In this document: positions 36,969-48,284 of the stretch, piece after piece
How positions within the stretch are numbered: the first letter of the stretch is position 1
Layout of the letters: each line of letters opens with the position of its first letter
NCBI RefSeq assembly: GCF_044704955.1
Contig: NC_091994.1
Coordinates: forward strand, 89,838,001-89,902,000
Source: Pristiophorus japonicus
Lineage: Eukaryota
Direction of reading: 5' to 3'
Length of the DNA stretch: 64,000 nt
Translations under genes and position numbers: made by a program
Notes under the pieces: model-generated
What the model was told of the DNA's origin: nothing
What the model saw: only the letters and a program-made list of their open reading frames with translations
Database searches by the model: none

Positions 36969-38444
36969 ACATAAGAACATAAGAACATAAGAACATAAGA
37001 ATTAGGAACAGGAGTAGGCCATCTAGCCCCTCGAGCCTGCTCCGCCATTCAACAAGATCATGGCTGATCTGGCCGTGGACTCAGCTCCACTTACCCTCCC
37101 GCTCCCCATAACCCTTAATTCCCTTATTGGTTAAAAATCTATCTATCTGTGATTTGAATACATTCAATGAGCTAGCCTCAACTGCTTCCTTGGGCAGAGA
37201 ATTCCACAGATTCACAACCCTCTGGGAGAAGAAATTCCTTCTCAACTCGGTTTTAAATTGGCTCCCCGTATTTTGAGGCTGTGCCCCTAGTTCTAGTCTC
37301 CCCGACCAGTGGAAACAACCTCTCTGTCTCTATCTTGTCTATCCCTTTCATTATTTTAAATGTTTCTATAAGATCACCCCTCATCCTTCTGAACTCCAAT
37401 GAGTAAAGACCCAGTCTACTCAATCTATCATCATAAGGTAACCCCCTCATCTCCGGAATCAGCCTAGTGAATCGTCTCTGTACCCCCTCCAAAGCTAGTA
37501 TATCCTTCCTTAAGTAAGGTGATCAAAACTGCACGCAGTACTCCAGGTGCGGCTTCACCAATACCCTGTACAGTTGCAGTAGGACCTCCCTGCTTTTGTA
37601 CTCCATCCCTCTCGCAATGAAGGCCAACATTCCATTCGCCTTCCTGATTATCTGCTGCACCTGCAAACTAACTTTTTGGGATTCAGGCACAAGGACCCCC
37701 AGGTCCCTCTGCACCGCAGCATGTTGTAATTTCTCCTCATTCAAATAATATTCCCTTTTACTGTTTTTTTTCCAAGGTGGATGACCTCACATTTTCCGAC
37801 ATTGTATTCCATCTGCCAAACCTTAGCCATTTGCTTAACCTATCTAAATCTCTTTGCAGCCACTCTGTGTCCTCTACGCAACCTGCTTTCCCACTAATCT
37901 TTGTGTCATCTGCAAATTTTGTTACACTGCACTCTGTCCCCTCTTCCAGGTCATCTATGTATATTGTAAACAGTTGTGGTCCCAGCACCAATCCCTGTGG
38001 CACACCACTAACCACCGATTTCCAACCTGAAAAGGACCCATTTATCCCGACTCTCTGCTTTCTGTTAGTTAGCCAATTCTCTATCCATGCTAATACATTT
38101 CCTCTGACTCCACGTACCTTTATCTTCTGCAGTAACCTTTTGTGTGGCACCTTATCGAATGCGTTTTGGAAATCCAAATACGCCACATCCATCGGTACAC
38201 CTCTATCCACCATGCTCGTTATATCCTCAAAGAATTCCAGTAAATTAGTTAAACATGATTTCCCCTTCATGAATCCATGTTGCGTCTGCTTGATTGCACT
38301 ATTCCTATCTAGATGTCCCGCTATTTCTTCCTTAATGACAGCTTCAAGCATTTTTCCCACTACAGATGTTAAACTAACCGGCCTATAGTTACCTGCCTTT
38401 TGTCTGCCCCCTTTTTTAAACAGAGGCGTTACATTAGCTGCTTT
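36969..38444 (-). mobile_element. Young CR1 (TTCTTATG family) inserted in the gag zinc knuckle
   Basis: RT to tail; ACGAA duplicated at both ends; flanks rejoin as CNTKGHLLRMC. Confidence 0.95.
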
Positions 38445-39215
38445 CGTGTTACAGCCTTTGCAAGTATAGTCTTTGTAGCCGGTGGGCCCTGTGATTTCCT
38501 CCACAACGCCAACATATGGTTGGCCGGTTGGCCGGTTGGCCCCATGTGGTGGACTCAAGGTTGTGGGACTCGGGGTTCTGTTATCTCTACCCTGAGAGAG
38601 ACTGCTAGCAGCAGCCTTGCCTCCGAAAGGCGCCAGTCGGTTCACGTAACTTGCTGGGTTAGAATCCTGGGGGTGAGTCATCCGCTTGGAATCGTAGGCC
38701 AAGACCATGAATGCCTGGCTCACATTGATTGCCTTCTGCAGGGTGACCATGATGTCCACAGAAAGCAACCTGTGGAGAAGGCCCTCGTGGCCAATTCCAA
38801 TAACAAAGATGTCCCTCAGTGCTTCGGTGAGGTGGTCACCAAAATCACACGGTGCAGCCAATCGTCTCAGGTCTGCAGCATATTTTGCGATTTCTTGGCC
38901 TTCGGGCCGCCGGTGGGTGTAGAACCGGTGGCCGGCTGTGAGGGTGCTCTCTTTAGGTTTGAGATGTTCCTGTATCATCGTTACGAGCTCTGCATATGTT
39001 TTGGTTGTTGTCTTTTCTGGGGCTAGCAAGTCTCTGACGAGGCCATAGACAGTGGGCCCACAACTGCTGAGCAGGATAGCTCTGCACTTATCAGCCAGCG
39101 AGGTCGGGGTGTCTCCCGCCAGGTCGTTCGCAATGAAAAAGTGTTCGAGCCTTTCCACAAAGGCCTCCCAATCTTCCCCATCGGCAAATTTTTGAAATGT
39201 GCCAAGGTTAGCCAT
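37758..39215 (-). CDS. Chimeric ORF Gypsy Gag + CR1 RT (485 codons), function unproven
   Basis: Uninterrupted frame from MANLGTF through CKGCNTK|AANVTPLFKKG to KFADDTK. Confidence 0.4.
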   Translation of the reverse strand: MANLGTFQKFADGEDWEAFVERLEHFFIANDLAGDTPTSLADKCRAILLSSCGPTVYGLVRDLLAPEKTTTKTYAELVTMIQEHLKPKESTLTAGHRFYTHRRPEGQEIAKYAADLRRLAAPCDFGDHLTEALRDIFVIGIGHEGLLHRLLSVDIMVTLQKAINVSQAFMVLAYDSKRMTHPQDSNPASYVNRLAPFGGKAAASSLSQGRDNRTPSPTTLSPPHGANRPTGQPYVGVVEEITGPTGYKDYTCKGCNTKAANVTPLFKKGGRQKAGNYRPVSLTSVVGKMLEAVIKEEIAGHLDRNSAIKQTQHGFMKGKSCLTNLLEFFEDITSMVDRGVPMDVAYLDFQNAFDKVPHKRLLQKIKVRGVRGNVLAWIENWLTNRKQRVGINGSFSGWKSVVSGVPQGLVLGPQLFTIYIDDLEEGTECSVTKFADDTKISGKAGCVEDTEWLQRDLDRLSKWLRFGRWNTMSENVRSSTLEKKQ

Positions 39216-40244
39216 TTTTTGCGTGGAAATTCGTAATCTCGTCACCAGTTGTTGTGTCTGTAAGCACTCTAGTAATGACTCCACGAGGCAAGGTATTGTA
39301 CTTGAACTGTGGTGACCTTAGTCCATTTATTGCAGCTCCCTTTTATACCTGGTTACCTGTCGTGCACAGGTGACTCCGAGGTCTCCACCAGTTGCACCCT
39401 CTGGTGGTACAAGCATAAAGTGTGAAGGTACATTCAGTAGTCTTATGTAGCTGTACATTGAGTGTACAGTGAGTATACTTATATTATACATACACAACAA
39501 ACACTTTACTGTTCTTAATATTTTTTGAGACTCTCTCCTAATACTTACTCCTTATCCCGCTCTTAATCTCTTTCCTTATTTCCTCATATTCTCTCGTTTA
39601 TCATTCCTTTAGGCACCATATACCCACTTCTTCAGTTGTAGATTATTTTTAACCTATTCATTTATTCAGCATTCAGAATCCTGACATATTCTGCTTTTTA
39701 ATGGTGTACATTTATTCTGCACCTTTATAATCCAAAAATATCCCATTGTTGATCTACAGTCCCGTGTGCCAGTTTCTTGTTCCACCGCGGCTCAGCTAGC
39801 TGACTCCACATTTTTATAAAATCTGACCTATTCCAATCTGGCGCCTTTGTTTTTAAACTAACCTTTTCCCTTTTTATTTGGAGCTTAAACTCTATCATAC
39901 TATGGTCACTATTCCTGAAATACTCACCACATTTAACTCATCTACTTGATCTATTTCATTACTCATTACAAGATCAAGCAACACCTTTCTGCTTGTTGGA
40001 AGGAACTCTGCACTAATTTCTCTGCTTACTTCCCTCCCTGTCCCAATCTATGACTGCATAATTAAAATCTCCAACAATAATTTTGTTATTCCGACTCAGC
40101 TCCCTGATCTGTTTACAAATTTTCCCTTTCATTCCTCTCCCACAATTAAGGGGTCTTTGATTTTGAACCGTATTGACTCTGTCTGAACCTACTTTTTGTG
40201 TACACCAGTCCTCTCTGCAGCATGTATTCTCGCTTTTGTTCGAC

Positions 40245-40906
40245 AGGGCTGTGGTGATACCCGCCCTCCTGTATGGCTCAAAGACGTGGACCATATACAG
40301 TAGACACCTCAAATCGCTGGAGAAGTACCACCAACGATGTCTCCGCAAGATCCTGCAAATCCCCTGGGAGGACAAACGCACCAACGTTAGCGTTCTCGAT
40401 CAGGCCAACATCCCCAGCATCGAAGCACTGACCACACTCGACCAGCTCCGTTGGGCAGGCCACATTGTTCGCATGCCCGACACAAGACTCACAAGCAAGC
40501 GCTCTACTCAGAAATCCTACACGGCAAACGGGCCCCAGGTGGGCAGAGGAAATGTTTCAAGGACACCCTCAAAGCCTCCTTGATAAAGTGCAACATCCCC
40601 ACCGACACCTGGGAGTCCCTGGCCAAAGACCGCCCTAAGTGGAGGAAGAGCATCTGGGAGGGCGCTGAGCACCTCGAGACTCGTTGCCGAGAGCATGCAG
40701 AAACTAAGCGCAGGCAGCGGAAGGAGCATGCAGTAAACCAGACTCCCCACCCACCCTTTCCTCCAACAACTGTCTGTCCCACCTGTGACAGACACTGCAA
40801 TTCAGTCACCTGAGAACTCACTTTTGGAGTGGAAACAAGTCTTGCTTCCACTCCAAAAGTGAGTTCTCAGATGACTGAATTTCGAGGGACTGCCTATGAT
40901 GATGAT
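40245..40906 (+). mobile_element. RTE-clade LINE 3' fragment
   Basis: AVVIPALLYGS.TW, QLRWAGHIVRMPDTR, C-terminal CPTC; (GAT)n tail. Confidence 0.9.
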
Positions 40907-40984
40907 TCCCTCCTTCACCTATACTGCTACTCCTCTTCCTATCTTACCTATATGAGATTAAGAGAGGGATAAGGAGTGAATATG

Positions 40985-41430
40985 AGGCTCAGTGGCTAGC
41001 CCACTCGCCCCTGAGTCAGAAGGTTGTGGGTTCTAGTCCCATTCCAGGGACTTGAGCACATAATCTAGTCTGACACTCCAGTGCCGTGCTGAGAGAGTGC
41101 TGCACTGTGGAAGTGCCGTCTTTCGGATGAGACATTAAACTGAGGCCCCGTCTGCTCTCTCAGATGGACGTAAAAGATCCCATGGCACTATTTCGAAGAA
41201 GAGCAGGGGAGTTATCCTCGGTGTCCTGGCCAATATTTATCCCTCAATCAACATAACAAAAACAGATTATCTGGTCATTATCACATTGCTGTTTGTGGAA
41301 GCTTGCTGTGCGTAAGTTGGCTGCCACATTTCCCACATTACAACAGTGACTACACTCCAAAAGTATTTCATTGGCTGTAAAGCGCTTTGATACATCTGGT
41401 GGTCGTGAAAGGCGCTATATAAATGCAAAC
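40985..41430 (+). mobile_element. Near full-length Deu-core tRNA SINE (SacSINE1-like)
   Basis: tRNA-like head, Deu-like core, GGCGCTATATAAATGCAA tail. Confidence 0.85.
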
Positions 41431-42294
41431 TTTTCTTTTTTTTCAATATTGTCCATCCAAAAATTATTATAAAATATTATAACCCTATATGTTTATCTTT
41501 CCCTTCTGCCCAGTTTGCAGCCAAGTTTATATTAGTGCTAGTAAAGTTATATCTTCCTGCGGCATAATTGCTTTCAATTCTTTAGTTTATTCCCCACATT
41601 CTGAGCACTGCAGTACATACACTTTATCTCTTTTTCTTTGGTTTCTATTTAATGCTACTCCTTTCCTCTTGATTTTTCTTGTCATAAATACTTCATGCCT
41701 TTATCTTGAGTCTTTTCCTTGCTTTTTTTTCTGGTCAATTTGATTTTCTTCATTGACTCCCTTTATTTCTGTATGCTGGCCCTTTTGCTAAACTGTTCTC
41801 TATTTCTACCTTATCTATGTTTTTTTACGTTCTCTATTTACTTTTTATGATCGCTTTTATTTTCCCTGCCCCCTTCCTTCCTTCCTTCCTTACTGGTTTA
41901 AATGTCTATTCACTTCCCTTTTCACCCATTTTGTCAGTTCATTAGCTGCGTTCCTGGTCAGGTGGGGCCCACCATTGTGGAATAGCTCCCATATTAGAAA
42001 TGGTGCCAATGCCCCATTAAACAGAAACTCTTCCTGACACCACCCCTTTCGCCATGTGTTGAGAATCCTACCCTTTCTATCATTTCCTATTCTAGTGCGT
42101 GGCTGTGGATGGGGGTGAGAGCGGGGGGCGGGATGAGCGGTAATCTGGAGAGTACCACTCTTGAAGTCCTGATCCTGAACCTGCTTCCTAATCTCCTTCT
42201 GCAGGAATTCATGAAATGCTGGAAGGATCATGCCTTTATCATGGGAGTCACAGATGCTGTGCTATTGTTCTCACTTAAATATATGTATGTGCGT

Positions 42295-42319
42295 AACCCT
42301 AATCCTAACCCTAACCCTA
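42295..42319. repeat. Short interstitial telomere-type repeat (TAACCC)~4
   Basis: TAACCCTAATCCTAACCCTAACCCTA. Confidence 0.7.
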
Positions 42320-42325
42320 GTGCAG

Positions 42326-42775
42326 TGTCCACGTGTGTGTGTCTGCCTGTCCATGTGTGTGTGTATCTGTCTATCCATGTGTGTGTATATCTGTCTATCC
42401 ATGTGTGTGTATATCTGTCTGTCCATGTGTGTCTGTATCTGTCTATCCATGTGTGTGTATCTGTCTATCCATGTGAGTGTGTATCTGTCTATCCATGTGT
42501 GTGTATATCTGTCTATCCATGTGTGTGTATATCTGTCTATCCATGTGTGTGTGTATCTATCTATCTATGTGTGTGTATATCTGTCTATCCATGTGTGTGC
42601 ATATCTGTCTGTCCATGTGTGTGTATCTGTCTATCCATGTGTGTGTATATCTGTCTATCCATGTGTGTGTATATCTGTCTATCCATGTGTGTGTGTATCT
42701 GTCTATCCATGTGTGTGTATATCTGTCTATCCATGTGTGTGTGTATCTGTCTGTCCATGTGTGTGTATCTCTCTG
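42326..42775. repeat. 22-24-bp minisatellite (GTGTGTGTATATCTGTCTATCCAT)n
   Basis: About 18-19 directly visible tandem units. Confidence 0.97.
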
Positions 42776-43354
42776 CGAGCACCTGACTGTGTTTTTCTGT
42801 GTGTCCGTGTGTGTATGTAAAGAGTTGAAAGACAAGCAATCCGAATGCAGGTTGTCTCCTTGGTATTTAAATCCCAGGTAGAGGCTTCTCTTGTGTGTTC
42901 CAGTTACAAACACTTGAAATCAGCAAAACCCTCGAGTTGTAGTCTCATCACATCCTTCCTGCCGGCCCCCATGGGTATCAGCGATTAGGCTACGAGGGCT
43001 CTCAGCAGATTAATTATTTCCTTGGGTTGGAAAAACGAATCAGCATTTTTTACCCAGCTGCTTGTTCGCACTTGTTTCTTGCTGACTAGAAGCTTTGACG
43101 AGTGACACTGAGCTTAAAGGATACATGGATCTGGCTTGCCTCATACTTAATGTATCACACTTTGTTTATTTAATTGTTTCCCTGCTTGTCCTGAAGGCAC
43201 TGGTCTGTAATGCTCCTACCAGTGCCCCAGCTGAGATCAGCGAACACTGCACCCAGCGGGGTTGGGTCTCTTCGGTCTGTGCGGTTCCATTTTCCCCATT
43301 GAACCATCGATGAAACCCTGTCATTTTGTTTTTCATTTGTTTTAAAGACTGCAC

Positions 43355-43908
43355 AGGCTGGGTCTCTATTTTCTCTAGAAAAGAGAAGACTGAGAGGTGG
43401 CCTTATAAAAGTCTTTACAATTATGAAAGTGTTCGATAAGGGTAGAGGTAGAGAAGATGTTTCTACTTGTGGGGGAGTCCAAAACCAGAGGCCATGAATA
43501 TAAGACAGTCATTCATAAATCCGATGGGGAATTCAGGAGAAACCTCTTTACCCAGAGAGTGGCGAGAATGTGGAACCCGCTGCCACGGGGAGTGGTTGAA
43601 GCGATTAGCATAGATGTATTCAAGGGGAAGTTAGATAAACACGAGGGAGAAAGGAATAGAAGGATAGGTTGATAGGGTGACATGATGAGGGTTGGGCAGG
43701 GCTCATGTAGCGCATAAACACAATAGACTTATTGGGCCGAATGTAATTAGAAACATAGAAACATAGAAAATAGGTGCAGGAGTAGGCCATTCGGCCCTTC
43801 GAGCCTGCACCACCATTCAATAAGATCATGGCTGATCATTCCCTCAGTACCCCTTTCCTGCTTTCTCTCCATACCCCTTGATCCCTTTAGCCGTAAGGGC
43901 CATATCTA
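43355..43908. mobile_element. Old CR1 3' end (+, 43355-43745) abutting young CR1 tail (-, 43748-43908)
   Basis: FRRNLFTQRVARMWNPLP; AGAAACATAGAAACATAGAAAATAGG. Confidence 0.85.
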
Positions 43909-43932
43909 TAGAAACATATAAAATAGGGTCAT

Positions 43933-44572
43933 TCTATTTCAAAAATGAATAAAAGAGATTATTCTGAGGAAACACAGGCAGATAATAGTGATAACAAGCT
44001 CCATGATTAGCTTACACTGGATTTACCTGATGCTAAACAGCCACTGGGGTGGATGCATGCCTTCCTCTGTGTGCAGGACTGCCTGAGTAAGATGCTGTTT
44101 ATATTATGAAATTAAACGACGACAGTAGTCCATGCTCATGCACGTGGGTGCTTACATAGAATTACATCGGACTTACAGCACAGCAACAGGATCCGCGGAC
44201 CAACTTGTCTATGCCGGTGTTGCTCCACACAAGCCTCCTCCCACCCTACTTTATCTAACCCTGTCAGCATATCCTTCTATTCCTTTCTCCCTCATGTACT
44301 TATCCAGCCTCCCCTTAAATGCATCCATAACATTCGCCTCAACTAGAACACGGTGTCACTGACTCCAGACAATTACAGCAGTTTCATTTCTTTCCAGTCA
44401 CACACTTTAACACTTTGTATGCTATTTAACAGGGTCATTTATGCTATTTAACAGGTTTATTTTACATCAAGTTGCTCCTTTAAGGTCTATTTCAAAACTG
44501 AATAAAAGAGATTATTCTGAGGAAGCACAGGAGGATAATCGTGATAACAAGCTCCAAGCTTAGCATACACTA
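43933..44572. repeat. ~85-bp direct repeat (43933-44017 / 44486-44572)
   Basis: TCTATTTCAAAA.TGAATAAAAGAGATTATTCTGAGGAA.CACAGG...ACAAGCTCCA in both copies. Confidence 0.9.
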
Positions 44573-44574
44573 AT

Positions 44575-46450
44575 GTGGAAAATATTCCCAGATACGTCAC
44601 AGAAGGAGGAGAAAAATAAATAAGAGGACTAACCGAGTTGACACGAAGCTGTGGTGAGAGAGTTAGGAGAGCTGACAAAATGCAAAGCTGTTTTGAGAAT
44701 GTTTTTGAAGGTAGACAGAAATAGAGAACCGGAAAGGTTTCTGGAGCAGGTTCCAGAATTGAGGCAGCTGAGGGCTCTGCCACCACTAGTGGGGTAAAGG
44801 GAGGGCAGGAGGCACAAAAGACCAGAGATGGAAGTCTGAAGTGTGTAGGAGGGACACGTGTCTGTCGGCACTTGCAGAGATGGGGTGGAGCAAGACGACA
44901 GCGAGGTATGAAGATGAGGACAAGGATTTTAAATGTAATGCATTGGTAAACAGGAAACCCAGTGTAGGTAAGTGAGGACTGTGGTGATGGGCAAACTGCA
45001 TTGAGTGCAGGACAGGACACAGTAAGCTGAGTTTTGAACATGTTGCAGTTTATTCAGGATGGAGAATGAAAGTCCGGCAGGGAGGACACTAGCGAAATCA
45101 GCCTAGAAATGTAGATGCGTGGCACCCGTTTGTGGGCGCTGTATGGCCTCCTAAGCCTCCAATATCGCGTGCAGGAAGCGCATGCCCATTACAGGCCAGA
45201 TAGTGCGTGGGCTACCATAACGGTGAATGGCAAAAAAGCGGCATTTGTGCTCGCACCTGAAACAGGTGTTAGGTTCTTTGCAGATACAAATAAGGGGCGT
45301 ATTGTCTGTTTGAGGCCCCCACTTCCCCCACTATCAGTGACAGCTGCCCGCAGGAAAACTGTGTGTGTCCTAACAGGTGGTCCTTAAATAGACCGCCTGT
45401 TACGCTGCACAAACACGGTATATTCTAAAAAGATACTAACCTAAATGTGGAGCTGCTAGCCCCACTCCCACCCTTCCGCTGCTAGATCGGCATCTTACCC
45501 CCCCCCCCCCGCGCTGATTACCGTCATTACCCCCGCTCCCCCCCCCCGCTGATCAACATCATTATCCCCGCTCCTCCCCCCCGCTGATCAACATCATTAC
45601 CCCCGCTCCCCCCCCCGCTGATCACCATCATTACCCCCGTTCCCCCCCCCGCTGATCACCATCATTACCCCCGCTCCTCCCCCCCGCTGATCACCGTCAT
45701 TATCCCCGCTCCCCACGTCACCCCCCTCCCCCGCACCCCCCCACCTGCTGATCATCACCATTACCCGTGCCCCCACCGCCGATCGCCCTCGTTACTTCCC
45801 GACCTGGTCGCGCCCCCACTTTTTGATAGCAGCCCCCCTTCCCAGTCACCGTCCCTTCCTCACTTACCTGAGGACTACTCCAATGCCATCAGCGACCCAA
45901 TCTTTAATCGCACCTTGCCTGTGAGCTGCCTGTTGCTCTTGGCTCACCAGCTTGATGTATATCGGGAGCGCCATGTGCCTCACCATTCAGCTGCAGGGAT
46001 CAGTCCCTGTGCCGCCCCCCCCCCCCTACCCCCTCCTCTGTGCAGCCAAATTTCCCGACCATCAAGTCTAGATAGAGTGGATAAAGCTTTCGGCAGAGGA
46101 AGTATGTCGTTTTGTTGATAAATAGGATGTAGGATTTGAAGCTACGGTCAAAGTAGATGCCAAGATTTCACACAATCTTGTTCGGCCTGAATGAGTGACC
46201 AGGGAGGTGGCTGCAGTTAGTGACAAGAGATGTAGATATGGTGGAGGCCGAAATCAATAGCTTTGGTCTTCATGGTGTTCAGTCGGAGCTAATTTCTCTC
46301 TGCTCCTTGAAAAGTGTCCTTAAAACCCACCTGTTTGACCATCTGTAGAGTCACCTCGATTAACCTCCAATAAGACTCTATCCATCCATTCCTCGCTTTG
46401 AAGCACGTTAGGATGTTTTTCTACAGGAAAGTGTTGTGTAAATGCTGGTT
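44575..46450. mobile_element. Old L2-type fragments (minus, then plus 3' end) interrupted by a MITE
   Basis: CITFKILVL, LAPPHL motifs; ...AAATGCTGGTTGTT tail. Confidence 0.6.
45100..46060. mobile_element. Harbinger-like MITE containing a C-rich ~34-bp minisatellite (45498-45800)
   Basis: ATC duplicated at both ends, decayed TIRs; unit CCCCCCCCGCTGATCACCATCATTACCCCCGCT. Confidence 0.65.
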
Positions 46451-46456
46451 GTTTGT

Positions 46457-46789
46457 GGGCAATTGAGGGTAGGGGGCCCAGAAGAGGCAAGGGCCCAGGG
46501 GCAGCACGGGCCAGCCCACACTGCGATATGTGTGCGCATTAGGTCCGTGCAGCAGAGCAGGTCTCCAGTCATCCTGGTTAACCCTTGCCACTGGATAAAG
46601 GCCTAGCTCTGTCAAGCCCGTGTGGTGGCTGATGTGCAACGGTCACCACACGTTAAAAAAATTCATGCACAGGCATCTTCCACCCCTGGAGTTCAGAACT
46701 GGAATATCGAGTCCTTCATTGAAACATCTCATCCTTTTTGGTGTGGAAGCAAGTCATCCTCTTTCGAGCGACCGCCAATGATGATGATG
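46457..46789 (+). mobile_element. RTE-tailed short non-autonomous retroposon, copy 1
   Basis: Ends GTGGAAGCAAGTCATCCTC.TTCGAG..ACCGCC.ATGATGATG like the RTE at 40245; TSD TGTTTGT. Confidence 0.8.
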
Positions 46790-47609
46790 TTTGTAAAGAG
46801 TTACAAAGGGCATCCATTCAGAGGGTTACATTGTAAAGAAATGTAAAAATTATATAAAGTGTGGGCTCTGCCATCTTTTCATTTGTTACAGGCCTGGCTG
46901 TAGACCTCCATACAGCAGAACACCAAAATAAATAGGCACACCTTCAGCCTGCTCCAATATATAAACCTATCATTTTCTCAAACTGTTGGCGGTGACCATC
47001 TGTGTGTTTTAGTAAACTGTCCTTACATCAACCTAAATTACATTTCTCATCTTTCAACATAAAACTTAGTTATTTTTCTCTTCAAACGCTGGGAGTTATG
47101 AATGTGGGTGTAAATCCATTTTTCAACTGAAGAATAAGAAGTCTGAAGTTTGATTGCCTTGAGCGATTGGCACTATTGTGACTCAGTGACAAGCTGCGAT
47201 CCAATTAACGAACCTATTGGTGATGTGAGTAGTGCTACAGACACTCAGACTGAATTCTTTCACTTTCAGTCATTCCATCCCAAGCCAATTATGATGAGGT
47301 GTTGATACCAAGACAAGGCAGAACATCTCTGACATTGTTTGCATGCACATACCTTTAATTAAAAGAATTGTGCTGCTTATCATGTGGGGAGTGTTATTTA
47401 ATTTAGAGGGATCCTGCATATTTCTATTCTCCCCGCACCTGTGCGTGCTGACACATACATACATACACATAATTTTTTTTTCATGTGGTGAGCATTTGTG
47501 CCTCTTCCTCCTTTTCAGGCAGTGAGTTCCAGACTGCCACCACCCTCTGGGTGAAAAAAAATTCCTCTCAAATCCCCTCTAAACCTCCTACCTCCTATAA
47601 AAGAGCACA

Positions 47610-48284
47610 TCACAACTTCCAAGTTTGCGACGATTTCGAGGTGGGAGACTGGTGAAGTCATCAAAACCCAGGTCTCTGTTTGGAGCATGGGCAGGAACAT
47701 CAGCAGGGCCCAGGTACAGAGGAGGAGCAGGAAGGTCGGGACAGATGAGCGGCGAGAGATCGTGGCGGAGGTGCGGCGAGAGATTGAGGCGGAGGAGCGA
47801 TGAGAGATCGTGGCTGAAATTCGGCGTGTGATCGTGGCGGAGGTTCGGTGAATGTTTGGTGCGGAGGTGCGGCGAGAGAGCGTGGCAGAGATGCGGCGAA
47901 TGTTTGTGGTGGAGGAGCGTCGAGAGATCGCGGCAGAGGTGCGGCAAGTGACGGAATGGGGCCCAGAAGAGCCGAGGGCCCAGGGCAGTACGGGCCTGCC
48001 CACACTGCGATATGTGTGCGCACTAGGTCCGTGCAGCAGAACAGGTCTCCAGTCGTCCTGGTTAACCCTTGCCCCTGGACCAAGACCTAGCTCTGTCAAG
48101 CCCGTGTGGTGGCTGGTGTGCAACGGCCACCACACATTAAAAAAATCCTCGCACAGGCATCTTCCACCCTCTCAATTGGAGTTCAGGACTGGAATATTGG
48201 TCCTTCATTGAACTATCTGTGAACTCATCCCTTTTGGTGTGGAAGCAAGTCATCCTCGTTCGAGGGACTGCCTTTGATGATGAT
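47610..48284 (+). mobile_element. RTE-tailed retroposon, long copy with 24-bp GC-rich tandem array (47745-47950)
   Basis: 47958-48284 matches copy 1; candidate TSD GCACA. Confidence 0.8.

Larger units (their letters stand above)
34702..39499 (-). mobile_element. Non-autonomous Gypsy-type LTR element (gag + protease, no pol)
   Basis: LTRs 39250-39499 and 34702-34987; TSD AATAC/AACAC; PBS TGGTGACGAG; decayed PPT; gag ATG 39215; protease VDTGASQS (36501-36839). Confidence 0.92.
33830..42230 (-). mobile_element. Ancient long CR1 hosting nested insertions
   Basis: Collinear remnants: ORF1 esterase-like (41890-42231, LNTW..WC..GPHLTR), EN (IVGDFNY..IDW ~40050), RT (PEDWRVANVIPIFKKG 34294-34479). 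Confidence 0.7.

Noticed and set aside
42109-42913. Cys/Val-rich repetitive ORFs; CRISPR-like periodicity
   Set aside because: Minisatellite translation; no unique spacers, eukaryotic context
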